Source: Anthoceros angustus (Eukaryota; Plantae; Anthocerotophyta). From it: 64,000 bases of DNA. Where the stretch lies: assembly GCA_010909165.1 (NCBI GenBank), contig MU008192.1, forward strand, positions 186,001 to 250,000. Reading direction: 5' to 3'. A program made the position numbers and the translations under genes. The first letter of the stretch is position 1, and each line of letters starts with the position of its first letter. Below the pieces are notes generated by a model. It saw only the letters and a list, made by a program, of their open reading frames with translations, was not told where the DNA came from and did not search any database. Positions 35,003 through 47,492 of the stretch are shown piece by piece.

Positions 35003-35352
35003 GTGTGGGAGAAAAGTGTGAATTCACATTTTCTTATACATAGGTCCTTCCGAGAAGCTGAGCGGTCCCGAACTTCCCTTCCATGGCATTGGCAATGCAT
35101 GGGGTAGAACTAAGTCTCCTCTTCTTAAAATTGTGTGGGAGAAAAGCGTGAATTCACGTTTTCTCTCTTCCAGGATTTCCTTCACGTGTACATAGGTATT
35201 TTAGAGAAGCTGGGCGGTTTCGAACTTCCCATCCCAAGCGTTGGCAGTGCACGGGGGTTGTGCAAAGTCCCCTGTCCTTAAAATTGTGTGGGAGAAAAGT
35301 ATGAATTCACGTTTTCACGTATGAACTTCCCATCCCAAGCATTGGCAGTGCA
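35003..35352. repeat. Degenerate ~130-150 bp tandem repeat (about 2.5 copies) between convergent 3' ends
   Basis: Recurring blocks gtgggagaaaag..tgaattcac, gaacttccc and ttggca.tgca. Confidence 0.75.
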
Positions 35353-35435
35353 TGCCAAACCTGCTGCTAACATATCTGATGATGAGCCGATGATCCTTCA
35401 TCAAGGCAGGGAGGAGCTTCCGATGAGAGGGGGAG

Positions 35436-36749
35436 TCACCTGATCGGACAGGAGGGATTGCACGGGTAAGCGCAATCAACAAGGTGCGCAGGCTTGCGAT
35501 CGAAGTACCAATCCCCGACGGCATCCGCTATGGTCCTGCCATCCAGCTGCACCGCATGAGCCCCGTTCCAGGATATGGGCCACTCCGTCTGGCAATGCGT
35601 GAAGCAAGAGTCCACAAACATGCCGGAGCCGTTCTTATCCTTGAGCGGCTGCAACTCCTTGAGCATGGCGTCTCTGAAACCATGCACCACCTGCAACTGC
35701 TCTTCCGAACAGCGAGCCAAATCATCACGGCAGCGGTCCCACTGCCGGGGGGGATCCGAACCCCCTGGGACCAGCACATTCCGCACCTGCCAGTCGTCGT
35801 AGGGAGAATTGAGCACAAACAGCGGCGTGCGGATGTAGTGAACCAGAACTTCAGGGAAGAAACAGTCCAGCGCCGGCCGCGAAGCCGTGCAGGCTGCAGG
35901 AAGGCTCACTCCCGCTCCCTGCATCTCCACAACCCCGGCGTACAGATCCGCGATGGTAGGCCGGCCCGCCACATCCGGCACCCGCATAAAGAATCCGGCA
36001 TCGCTCAAGCACCGCACCCGCTTCGCCTCCGGAAGCAGCTCCGCAAAATCATCACAATGCAGCATGGCAGCAAGAGCCCCTGCTGAGCATCCTACCAGCA
36101 GGGCGTGCTCCGCGTCCTTGAGCCCTAGTCGCAGCAGATCTGCCATGACGGCTCTCCAAATTTCCCTGCCACGGAAGAAGATGCCGGCTTCCTCCTTGTC
36201 GGTGCCGTGGCCGGCGAAGGAGCCGCCATCGCAGTACCGCACCTTGACCCGCGTCCAGGGATGGAAGTCAGGGTTGGCAGCTGGAGAAGAGCTGAGAATG
36301 CCCTCGAAGGGCATGGCCTCCATGTAAGCCGAGGATCCGAGCCGAGTGCGGGCTCGGTGAACGCAATCCTTAACATCTCTGCACCATCCCCCGCCTTCCA
36401 GCATCACGATCCAGCTCTTGCTGCCGGGACCGCTGCCCTGCTGCAGGTGGTAGGCCGGCGGGGAGCCGTCAAGGCAGACTCCATCGCCCGGCTCCTCCAC
36501 CACCGTCTTCTCCACCATGATCACTCTCCTCTCCGACTCCGGCTCCGGCTCCGCCTCCTCCTGGCCGGGATCGGCCATGCCCCGGCTCTCCAGAGGCTTG
36601 TCGGGGTGCCATGTGAGAGACACGGCTGCCACAGCCAGCAGAATGGTGGCCAGGCCTGCCATGTACTCCATCCATCCCCATCGCCGCTTTGCTGCCTGCA
36701 GCGTCTCCCGGAATGGCCTCAGGTACGATCCTCCGCCTCGCGGCTGCAT
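35436..36749 (-). CDS. PAE: Pectin acetylesterase, intronless
   Basis: AVCLDGSPPAYH-like motif, LEGGGWC, RYCDGGSF, GCSAG nucleophile, FLLNSxYD-like motif and DCxYPCNPSC terminus. N-terminal TM/signal segment. Start inferred at MQPRGG (36749). Confidence 0.93.
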   Translation of the reverse strand: MQPRGGGSYLRPFRETLQAAKRRWGWMEYMAGLATILLAVAAVSLTWHPDKPLESRGMADPGQEEAEPEPESERRVIMVEKTVVEEPGDGVCLDGSPPAYHLQQGSGPGSKSWIVMLEGGGWCRDVKDCVHRARTRLGSSAYMEAMPFEGILSSSPAANPDFHPWTRVKVRYCDGGSFAGHGTDKEEAGIFFRGREIWRAVMADLLRLGLKDAEHALLVGCSAGALAAMLHCDDFAELLPEAKRVRCLSDAGFFMRVPDVAGRPTIADLYAGVVEMQGAGVSLPAACTASRPALDCFFPEVLVHYIRTPLFVLNSPYDDWQVRNVLVPGGSDPPRQWDRCRDDLARCSEEQLQVVHGFRDAMLKELQPLKDKNGSGMFVDSCFTHCQTEWPISWNGAHAVQLDGRTIADAVGDWYFDRKPAHLVDCAYPCNPSCPIR

Positions 36750-37471
36750 TCTGCATTCCGCCACAACCTTCCACACAGCCACACACTTTTCCCCTAACTG
36801 ACAACTCACATACACACATCCACATACATACATGGACCAACATCCAAATATGTACATGGGCTACCACTACCATCCACATACATACACAAATATAAACATG
36901 TCTCATCTCATCTTCCACGCCCTCCAGACCAAGCACAAGTGATCCGGCCCGGGTCAGCCAGAATCGGAGTCGGTCGCCAATGGACCCGCTACAGGTCGCA
37001 TTGCCCGTGCTGGGCATCGCTGCTGCTGCCGCCGTCACCTTCTACGCTGTGAGCTTCAAGGAAATGAGCGATGTGAGTGCTTTCTGAGAATGCCTGCCTT
37101 CCTGCCTGCCTGCCGGTCTGCTTGCCGCTAGCTTTAAATTTGAGAGGGGCCGGGGCCGGGGACGGGGGCTCATGATTGTGCGCAGAAATCGTTTGAGGAT
37201 CTTGACATCAAGTTGGCCACCAAGACCCAGCTCAAATCTGGCCAGACCTCCAAGCAGAGACGGCAACTGAGAAAGGTCCTGAAGGAGAAGAAGGCTGATT
37301 CATAATCCCTGGTCTTCAGTCTTTTTACTCGAAGAACGCATGTAGAACTCAAGTTATTTGAATGTCGCATATGAAGTGTGGGTAGAGTAGTGGGCATGTG
37401 GTGTAAGTGAATGATGAGCCAGTGCTCCTGGCTCACAGCAACCCGACTCTTTGGTGATGGAACCTACCAGT

Positions 37472-40223
37472 CTACAACATTGACTGTGTAACATCACCGT
37501 TTTGCACTTTGCTTGAATGCGCTCCACCTTGCCCCATCTGTTGTGCTATCTCTCTTATAGATAGGATCAAGGCTAGTACTAGTGGCACAAGGACCAGGGC
37601 AGAGGCAATGCACACTACTAAGAACATCACGTTGGCTCTGCTGGCCTGGCCTGAGGAGGAATGCTCATGACAATTCATGACGTACAGAGCCGACTTGTGT
37701 CCTGGTAACACCACTGTGATGCTGTCTGTCAGGTCGCCCAGTACCTTGTTGCTCCAGCCATCCATCACGGAACACTTCCACTCGGAGTTCGGTGCACCTG
37801 CACGGACCTGCTCCATCATGTCCTTGAGGTCGGTGGAGATGGATGCTGAAAAGGACCCGAGATTGAAGAAGGCTATGTAGAACAGACCTGGGCATGACAC
37901 ACAACGCAAGTGCCAACCAACGTGGAGATGAAACATTTGCCATGTCCATGAAGTCAGTGAATATGGCTAGATTGTCTAAGCGGGATGGATACCTGCTGAG
38001 CCACGGGCAGCCCATACTCGGATGTCATCCAGCTCTGAGGCAGGCGTGCCCGACTCGGCACTCCTCACAAGCTGCAAGCCAAATCCTACAGCTGTCACTT
38101 CTTCTGCCCGCAAGCAACGCCGGCAAGATACATGCACTCTTTGCAAAGGCTGCAAAAGTGCAGGCTCGGTTCAATACCTCCAGGTTGCTGTAACTATGGT
38201 CGTTGATCTCGAGAACAAGACGGTGTGTGATTAGGTCATACATCCACTCATCGAGTCGCCGCAAATCGCCACCAAACATCAATGGGGATCTGGCCATGGT
38301 CCAAAGCGTGACCTGCAACGTATGCCCTGAGTGAAGGAAGGTGACACAGCAGCACAAAACAAGACACGAGGATTATGCAACAGCCTCTGCTCGAAGGGGG
38401 TACCAGCATCCTTTGTTCTTCTCGTGTGAAACTACACCAGCGGTAAGGCCCAACAGGTACACCTGCCCACATGATTTGGAAGTTTGTGAAGGTTTACTTG
38501 GAACAGATCACTCCTACCAGCCTAGATCTGAACTTGCAGAGAAGAGAACATATGCAAACGGAAATATTAAGACATCTGTACTTGGCTTTGAGAGGTAGCC
38601 TAACGGCATTGCATCTAAGTCCGGCCAAGATCTCCCGCCGTGCAATCCAGGCCCACCAATCAAGCTTGTGAACTGTCTGCCAAACAATTGGTAAGAGAAT
38701 CAGCCACCAACCAACTTGGCCAAAGCAAGTAAACGATTGTGCAAAAAGGAGACAGAGCGAGACCAAACTACCTGGCAAGGTCAAAGTGATGCCGAAGATG
38801 GGCCCATTTGTCCCAAATATCATTCGACACTCTGAAAGTGTGGCTCATATTTTGGACAAGGCTTGCCTCCTTTGTGGTGACATACTTTCCTGGTGAGATG
38901 GAGAACAGCATAGGGCGACCGGTAGCCTTTATGGCCTGTGCAAGTCAACCTACAGCAATGAGGAAGGACAGGCTCCAAGATTGTTGCACAACCGCTCATG
39001 GAGTAAATCTTGTGGCACACGATATGCAATGCCTAACCTCACCTCGTCCGCAGCAGCTATCTCATACAAGCGTAAATCAGGGCCACCAAAAACACAGTCC
39101 TGCTTCACTGGATCGTGTAAAGGCAGAAACAAGTACTGGGTTATAGATGCAGCAGCTGAGCTCCCATCAAAGACTTAAGCTGATCAGGGTTTTCAAGGAA
39201 AAAGCCTCACCAAGGTCAACACCCCATGAAGCAAACTGTTGATACAAGGAATTGATGTAGGCCCGGCCACCCTCTGAGCTAGTGTTCACGCCAAGAAAGC
39301 ATTTTATCATCCACCTACACTGGTCTTTTTCAACAGCAATGTCTCGTGCTCTCCATGGTCGCCCTCCTTCTCCATCTGGGCTTCCCTGGAGGGGCAACAA
39401 CACGTTTTTCAGAAAAGAAGCTGGGTGACACCCATTCACTTCTAACTCCTTGGGACCAATGGAAACTTGCACAGAGGTTCCACCTTGGCTCCATAGATGG
39501 GTGTGTTTTGGTCCACAGCAGCTGCAATTATGCCGTGCATGATGTGTATGCCAAGCTTGAGGCCCATAGCATGCACCCGGTCGGCAATGGGACGAAATCC
39601 TTGACCGTTTCGGGACGAAGGCCATCTTTCAGGATCAGGGATTGGGCGTCCCCATTCATCTATAACATCAAAACCCAAAGACTTGACATGTGATCCAGGC
39701 TTGAGCTGGCGATACCACAGCCAGTCCACCACCACATACTGCCCCACATACCACACATACCACAGTGTAAGGGGCAAAAAAAGGTGCGAGCAAGAGGAAG
39801 AGCTCTTGAGGTGGATTGCAAGTGCTTCTTACCTCGTAGCCATAGGGTAGCAGCTTACGAGAAACAATCTCACAATTAGCTAAAAACTCGTCTTCGGTGA
39901 GAACCCAGGAGAAGGAGTTGTACGAATTCCATCCCCGAGGAGGTGTCATAGCCAGCCCTTGCCCTTTCTCGAAGTCTCTCACATGATTAGAGCTCCTGGT
40001 TGTTGCTTCACCCAGTCTGAAGCGGAGAAAGCAGCATACCTGTTAAATACTTGTTTCTATTCTATTCCATGCCATACCGTGCCATAAGATGCATGAAGTT
40101 TGCGCTTTCCAGGAGCAACAGCCCTTCAATCCGAGAGGGTAGCAGCAGCACAACAAACCTGAATCCAGCTACGACGCCGCACAGGAGGAGCAGCAGCAAG
40201 CAGAACCGTGCTGTGGGCGCCAT
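37472..40223 (-). CDS. GH27 alpha-galactosidase/beta-L-arabinopyranosidase (APSE-like), multi-exon, with C-terminal hydrophobic helix
   Basis: Signal peptide MAPTARFCLLLLLLCGVVAG, TPPRGWNSY, YVVVDWLWY, DEWGRPIPDPERWPSS, WGVDL, WTMARSPLMFGGDLR and YIAFFNL. Confidence 0.9.
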
Positions 40224-40418
40224 CAGGCAGCAGGCCTCGCCCGAAGGAGGCAGAATGGTCCCACGAGGGAAGGAGGCAAAATTGTCTCAATCGGGCAAGC
40301 AGTGAAAGTGTTGTGTGAAGTTAAAGAAGCTTTAGGCATGAGAGTCAAGGCGCTCGTTGGCTTTGTGTGTGAGGTGTGACGAGAACAACAAGGCGCAGCA
40401 GGTGCTCAGGGTGCGGTG

Positions 40419-41530
40419 ATGGCGATGATGGCAGTAAGCTCTGGGGAGTCCTTCAAGCTCCCCAACTTCTACAACTATCCTCCCTATTTCACGTGAGAAG
40501 ATGGGTGTGCGTTACGACTTGTCTGATCTGGGCTAGGATGCACCATGCCCAGCAAAGCATATCATAAGGGTGTGTCTCTTGCAATTGTGTGTGTACAGGT
40601 TGCAACCGATGAGGGACACACGGGAAAAGCAAGTGCAGCTGTGGAAGGAGCTCATCCTCCAGTACTGTAAAGCGCACAAGATCTTTGTAGTGAACTTGGA
40701 GGAAGAATTTCCCCTTTTCGTGAATCCCACAATTGAGCGTATGTAAAATTGGTCAGCCAGGCCACACACAATGGCTGACGCATGCAAACGGCACCTGCTG
40801 CTTGTAATTGTTGTTGTTTTGCTTGGGTGATAATTGGAATTGTGTGCTGCGCAGGAAAACTGAGTAATGAAGCCAGGGAAGTCTTCCTTGGGGCTCTGGT
40901 TGCAGAAGGTAAGGTAACCTCATGGTTGTTTCATAAAAAGTGAGAGATTGGACAGCAATGCTAGGTTGGAGTCTCAACACAGTTGGATGTGTGGCTTTTG
41001 GCTTTTGGTGCATCCGACTGCGTGCAGGAAGAGGGGAGTGGTTGGACAAATCTCATCGGAGGTGTCTGATCCTCTGGAGGAGGATACAGGACTGGGCTGA
41101 CTGGATCTTGCAGTTTGTAAGTTGTGACCTGCCTGGCCCTGTGCAGCTTTGGCACTCCATTGTCACTCACTCACCGATCATTTGGAATTGATTGGATGTT
41201 GGATCAGGTTCGCAACAATGGGCTTGGGGACAGTGTGATGACCTTGGAAGAAATTAGATCAGGAGACGAGACACGTGGTTCAGGTGTGACCCATCACTTT
41301 CGTGTGCCAAGCCTCATTGAGAAGGACAGGGCAGGACTGGGTCTGGCATTTCATTCTTCTTCGTTTCCTTGTCCAACCCTTGACTGACATACATGCTCGA
41401 GTTTGTCGCAGAAATTGAAGGCATTGATCGGACGATTTTGACCCGAGCTCTCAAGATCCTTGAGCAGCGGGGCAAAGCTGCTGTATTTACAGGAGCATCT
41501 ACAGATGAGGGCGTCAAGTTCTCTGTCTGA
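40419..41530 (+). CDS. VPS25: ESCRT-II subunit VPS25 (multi-exon)
   Basis: FYNYPPYFT|LQPMRDTREKQVQLWKELIL...EWLDKSHRRCLILWRRIQDWA...GVKFSV*. Confidence 0.93.
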
Positions 41531-42605
41531 TACGGCATTCCTTTTTTTCACCGGAAACCTCCCTGCTTTAGGGATGTCCACCCGCATGTACTGTAACGTT
41601 ACAGAGTTTCGCGGTTTTTAGGGCCTGAAGCCTGAGCGAGCGGTCTGAGGCTAGAGCCCGCGCTCCGGCCGATCGGGCGGCCTGGGGCCTGAGCGCCGCT
41701 GATCAGGCTCTGTATGCAGCGGCCGCGCATGCCGGATTCCAGCAGCTCTGGTGTGATTTAGGGTTTTCGACAGTCCGAGGACTGCTGCTGTTGTGGCAAC
41801 TACTGACTCTGGCTTCAAATCGGATTCCAATTTGCTTCCCTTCCACTTCATCTCTGCCCGGAATGGACTTTCAGATTCCTGCCATGAGAGGCCTACACAA
41901 GATGTGGTTCATCTGCAGGGAACTTGGAACTGCAGTGCAATGTGGTTCTGAGTTACATTTCTGGTAGGTTGATATCCCGGAGTGACTCACAGTTTAGGTG
42001 AGATCAGCTAAAGAATTTCACTGCATCTCGCCTGGGTGCAATTGGTGGAAATTTGCTGGTGGATGCACATTTTTCTTCCCTGTTGGTTACAGCATGGTGA
42101 CGTGTTAACTCCAGGAGTAGGATCTGCCACGGGAACCGGAGAGGTTGTGAATTAGACGGCTGTTTGCCTATGGATGTGGCGGCTCGGGCGAATGATGCTC
42201 CTTGCCTTGAGAAATTTGGCTCCAGGCTGATGCTAGGGTTTGATGGTGGAAGTGATGGAAGTTAGAAACGATGCCGTTAACCCCTAATGGACGGATGGGC
42301 TTTCCCCATTTTTCCCGAGCGTCAATTGTTGTCAATTTTCCTGTTTTTCTTTTGTACTTTTGTACTCGACTAGGTACTCTGCATCGCTTGCCAATGTTGT
42401 GGTTGAAATGTCTTTAACGCAAATCGATACATGGCTGTTTTGGTTTGCACCCCATCGCTGTGGAGTTTCAATGAAGTCAGGGTGTCACTTTTCTTCACCA
42501 GCGTGACCCGACAGGGCAGTAGCAGTAGGGTTGATGACCTATGAAGGCCAAGAGGAATTTCATTTTCTTGTTCTTGTTACATGTAACGTCTTCTCATAAT
42601 ATTAA

Positions 42606-44189
<1,584 letters not shown>

Positions 44190-44483
44190 GACGTCACTGC
44201 CATGCAGAGCAGCATCACCTGCGACTACAATGCATCGACACACCTACGGAGACCACAGACATATTACTGCAGGGACGAGAGCAGCACCCGCCACTGTTTT
44301 CCTCCTAAGGCAAATGCCTTCACAGCATGAATGAATGTATGTAGTCGCCTAGTACACTATGTATGTTGTGGGAGGCTTGCTGTCGCAACAGCAGAACCGT
44401 TACAGCATTCATACCAAATCAGGGTCTGTGCACGTGTACTGGGTAAGATCCACACATGAGACGACAGACAAAAGCGAAATTGC

Positions 44484-45333
44484 TTACAGCACGTCCGCTG
44501 GCACCAGTGCCACCGCAGACCCTTTGAGAACGAGGGCAATGCCCTTGTGACAGGTGGTCGCAAACGAGACCCTGCAGCAAACCAGAGCGATAAGCGATGT
44601 CAGATACAGAGATCTGCAGCATAACACAAATCACTCGAGTGCATCCGACGGAGGAGGAAGGAGGAAACAACTTGTAATGCCGTCTCAGCTTCCGTGTCTC
44701 AGCCACTTCAACTTGGGCCACCACACTCTCTCCGACGAAGACAGGATTGCAGAACTCTAGAGTCTGAGAAACATACACAGCTCCTGGCTGTTCCTTCCAC
44801 AAACGAGGCAGGGGGACAAGCAAGAAAAAAAAGGAATGAAACGCTATTCGTGCTAGACAGGGTCGTGTTTTACTCTGCTCCTGGCAAGTTGGATCCATTG
44901 CTCCCGAAAACAAAAGCAAGGCATTGATTGACGCACACAGCAACTGACTGCAACCACAGGGTTTCACACTTACAAACTTGGAGCCTATGATTGCGGGAAA
45001 GAGGCCGGCATACAGCATGCCATGGACCAAACATCCTTCCTCAAATCCAGCAGCTGCTGCCGCCGAAACCTGCCTATGTATGGGGTTGGTGTCCCCACAA
45101 AGCTGTGCGTATGCCTCCACATCGTGTGCCGAGAAGAATCTCTCCATGCTGTAATTTTGGCCCTTGTTCAGCCTCTCTGCATTGCCCGATACTGATGATG
45201 ATGCATCTGGTGATCCTGCTGTGTCTGCCAAGTAGCTCGTGATGAAGTGACACGGCAACTTCCTCCAGAGCTGCTGGTGCTGCTGGTGCTGCCGAGGCCA
45301 CCCTAGATACGCCATCCGCGTAAGCATGAACAT
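44484..45333 (-). CDS. mtHD: MaoC-like (mitochondrial-type) 3-hydroxyacyl-ACP dehydratase (3 exons)
   Basis: DVEAYAQLCGDTNPIH hydratase-2 motif, VHGMLYAGLFPAIIG and PGAVYVSQTLEF. Presequence-like N-terminus. Confidence 0.85.
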
Positions 45334-45764
45334 CACATTCACATTCCAGAACCCTAGAATGGCATTATTGTTGCTTGCCTTGCCCTCCAAGGGAAGGGGA
45401 GAGAATTGTGGGGGAATGAAACCCTGCACCTTCCTTGCTACTCCTCGAGTCAGGCCCCAGGAAGCTTGCCTCCTTCTCTGTCCAGCGAGCGACCTAAAAA
45501 GGAAAAAAGAGGCGCAAAAAACAAGGAGGCGAAAGGGAAAACCCACCGCACCGCCTTTCTGTGAGAGAGGAGGAACATCTTCGGGCCAGGCCAGGCACAT
45601 GGCAACCATTGCCGTCTCGCCACCGCCGCCTGGACCTGGACCGCAGCTCGCTCCCACCGCAGCTCCCACCACCTGCACATGGTACGACCGGGTCGCGCTT
45701 GCTGTCCCCTCTTCTTAATTCTTGCTCACACTCCCTTGTTGAAATTGGGTGACAAAAACAGCAG

Positions 45765-46406
45765 ATGCATGTTGCAGACACAGATGATGGGTTCCGTCCG
45801 TCGGTCGGTCCGTCGTCGAGTCTGCTGATACCACCTGCTGCTCCTGCCCCTGCTGCTGCTGCTTCTAGACCTGTCTCAGATTTGTACCATTCTTGCAGCA
45901 ACTTGCAAGTGGAGTATGCATCCCAAGATGTGGCAACAATTGTTATGACCGCTCTTGCTGTGGATTCTGAGGTGATGCACCATGCATTCCCGCTGTTCAG
46001 CGCTTCGCTCTGCCATCATGGCCGCAATCTCATGCTTGTCAATGCAACCGTTGGCTTGCAGCTGCAGCCGGACAAAGTGACGAGGGAAATCACGGTGAAT
46101 GGACAAATTCTTGTGGTGTGAGTTTCGGACACCCTCACCCTGTTTGCTGTGACATATGAATCCAACTGATTCCAGGACTTTGTACTGTCCTCGTGTGGTC
46201 CGTATCCTCTGGAGTCTGTGTCTCCCCGGTTGGAGGTGCATTAATCCATCATCAACTCATTTGTCGTGCACTGTTTATGTACCAGGACTTTTGTCGCAGT
46301 CGAGGCCAGGTTCTTAAGGGCCGCTTTCAGTGCCTTCATGGATGTCCTAGTTCTGGCGACTAAGACCATCGAAGAATTCGGCCACCCTCCTTTGTTGGGA
46401 TGCTGA
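45765..46406 (+). CDS. PCC1: KEOPS/EKC complex subunit Pcc1 (LAGE3 family), 3 exons
   Basis: LQVEYASQDVATIVMTALAVDSE|LQPDKVTREITVNGQILVV|FVAVEARFLRAAFSAFMDVLVLATKTIEEFG. Start codon uncertain. Confidence 0.88.
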
Positions 46407-47492
46407 AAGTGTTGCCTTGAGCTTCTACCAGCCTCTTCACTTCTTTTTCGCTTATGCTAGGGATTCTGCACTCGGAAATTGGTGGTGGTACTGGGTTCCA
46501 AGTGTCTATGCTCAACGCGCCCTCTGACGAGGAACAGGAGTGGACAAGGGTTGGTCTGTCCGGATTCTATTGAGGTGGTCATTCGAGTGGGATCGCAGGG
46601 GTGTGTTGTAATCGTTGACTGGCAGAGGGTCCAGTAGCGTGTGGTCGACTGAGAAAACAGATAAGCACATTGGCCTGCTGTGAATCAGGCAGGCACACAG
46701 CCAAGATCGGTCACCTTCAGGTGAAGTTGTTACTGCAGTGAAAGGAATGGCGGAAGCTGTAGAAGCGGAGAAAGTCCACCTCTGCAATGCATGGCTGCCG
46801 CCACCCATCCGTGAGGGAGTAGCTGAGGAGAGGACGAAATTCCATGTTGCTGTACAAACCGTCCAAAGCGAATGGAAACCGCAAGAGCCGCAGTCGAGGC
46901 CAGGTTCTTAAGGGCCGCTTTCAGTGCCTTCATGGATGTCCTAGTTCTGGCGACTAAGACCATCGAAGAATTCGGCCACCCTCCTTTGTTGGGATGCTGA
47001 AAGTGTTGCCTTGAGCTTCTACCAGCCTCTTCACTTCTTTTTCGCTTATGCTAGGGATTCTGCACTCGGAAATTGGTGGTGGTACTGGGTTCCAAGTGTC
47101 TATGCTCAACGCGCCCTCTGACGAGGAACAGGAGTGGACAAGGGTTGGTCTGTCCGGATTCTATTGAGGTGGTCATTCGAGTGGGATCGCAGGGGTGTGT
47201 TGTAATCGTTGACTGGCAGAGGGTCCAGTAGCGTGTGGTCGACTGAGAAAACAGATAAGCACATTGGCCTGCTGTGAATCAGGCAGGCACACAGCCAAGA
47301 TCGGTCACCTTCAGGTGAAGTTGTTACTGCAGTGAAAGGAATGGCGGAAGCTGTAGAAGCGGAGAAAGTCCACCTCTGCAATGCATGGCTGCCGCCACCC
47401 ATCCGTGAGGGAGTAGCTGAGGAGAGGACGAAATTCCATGTTGCTGTACAAACCGTCCAAAGCGAATGGAAACCGCAAGAGCCGCAGTCGAG
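46295..47492. repeat. Apparently exact 594-bp tandem duplication covering the PCC1 last exon, the intergenic region and the PA200 5' end
   Basis: The 10-bp microhomology CGCAGTCGAG occurs at 46295, 46889 and 47483. No differences seen by eye. Confidence 0.95.

Noticed and set aside
35484-36086. 200-aa plus-strand ORF and neighbouring ORFs
   Set aside because: Antisense to the pectin acetylesterase CDS.
42188-42232. ATGATG...CTGA as a C/D snoRNA
   Set aside because: Imperfect C box, very short spacing, no convincing terminal stem or rRNA guide match.
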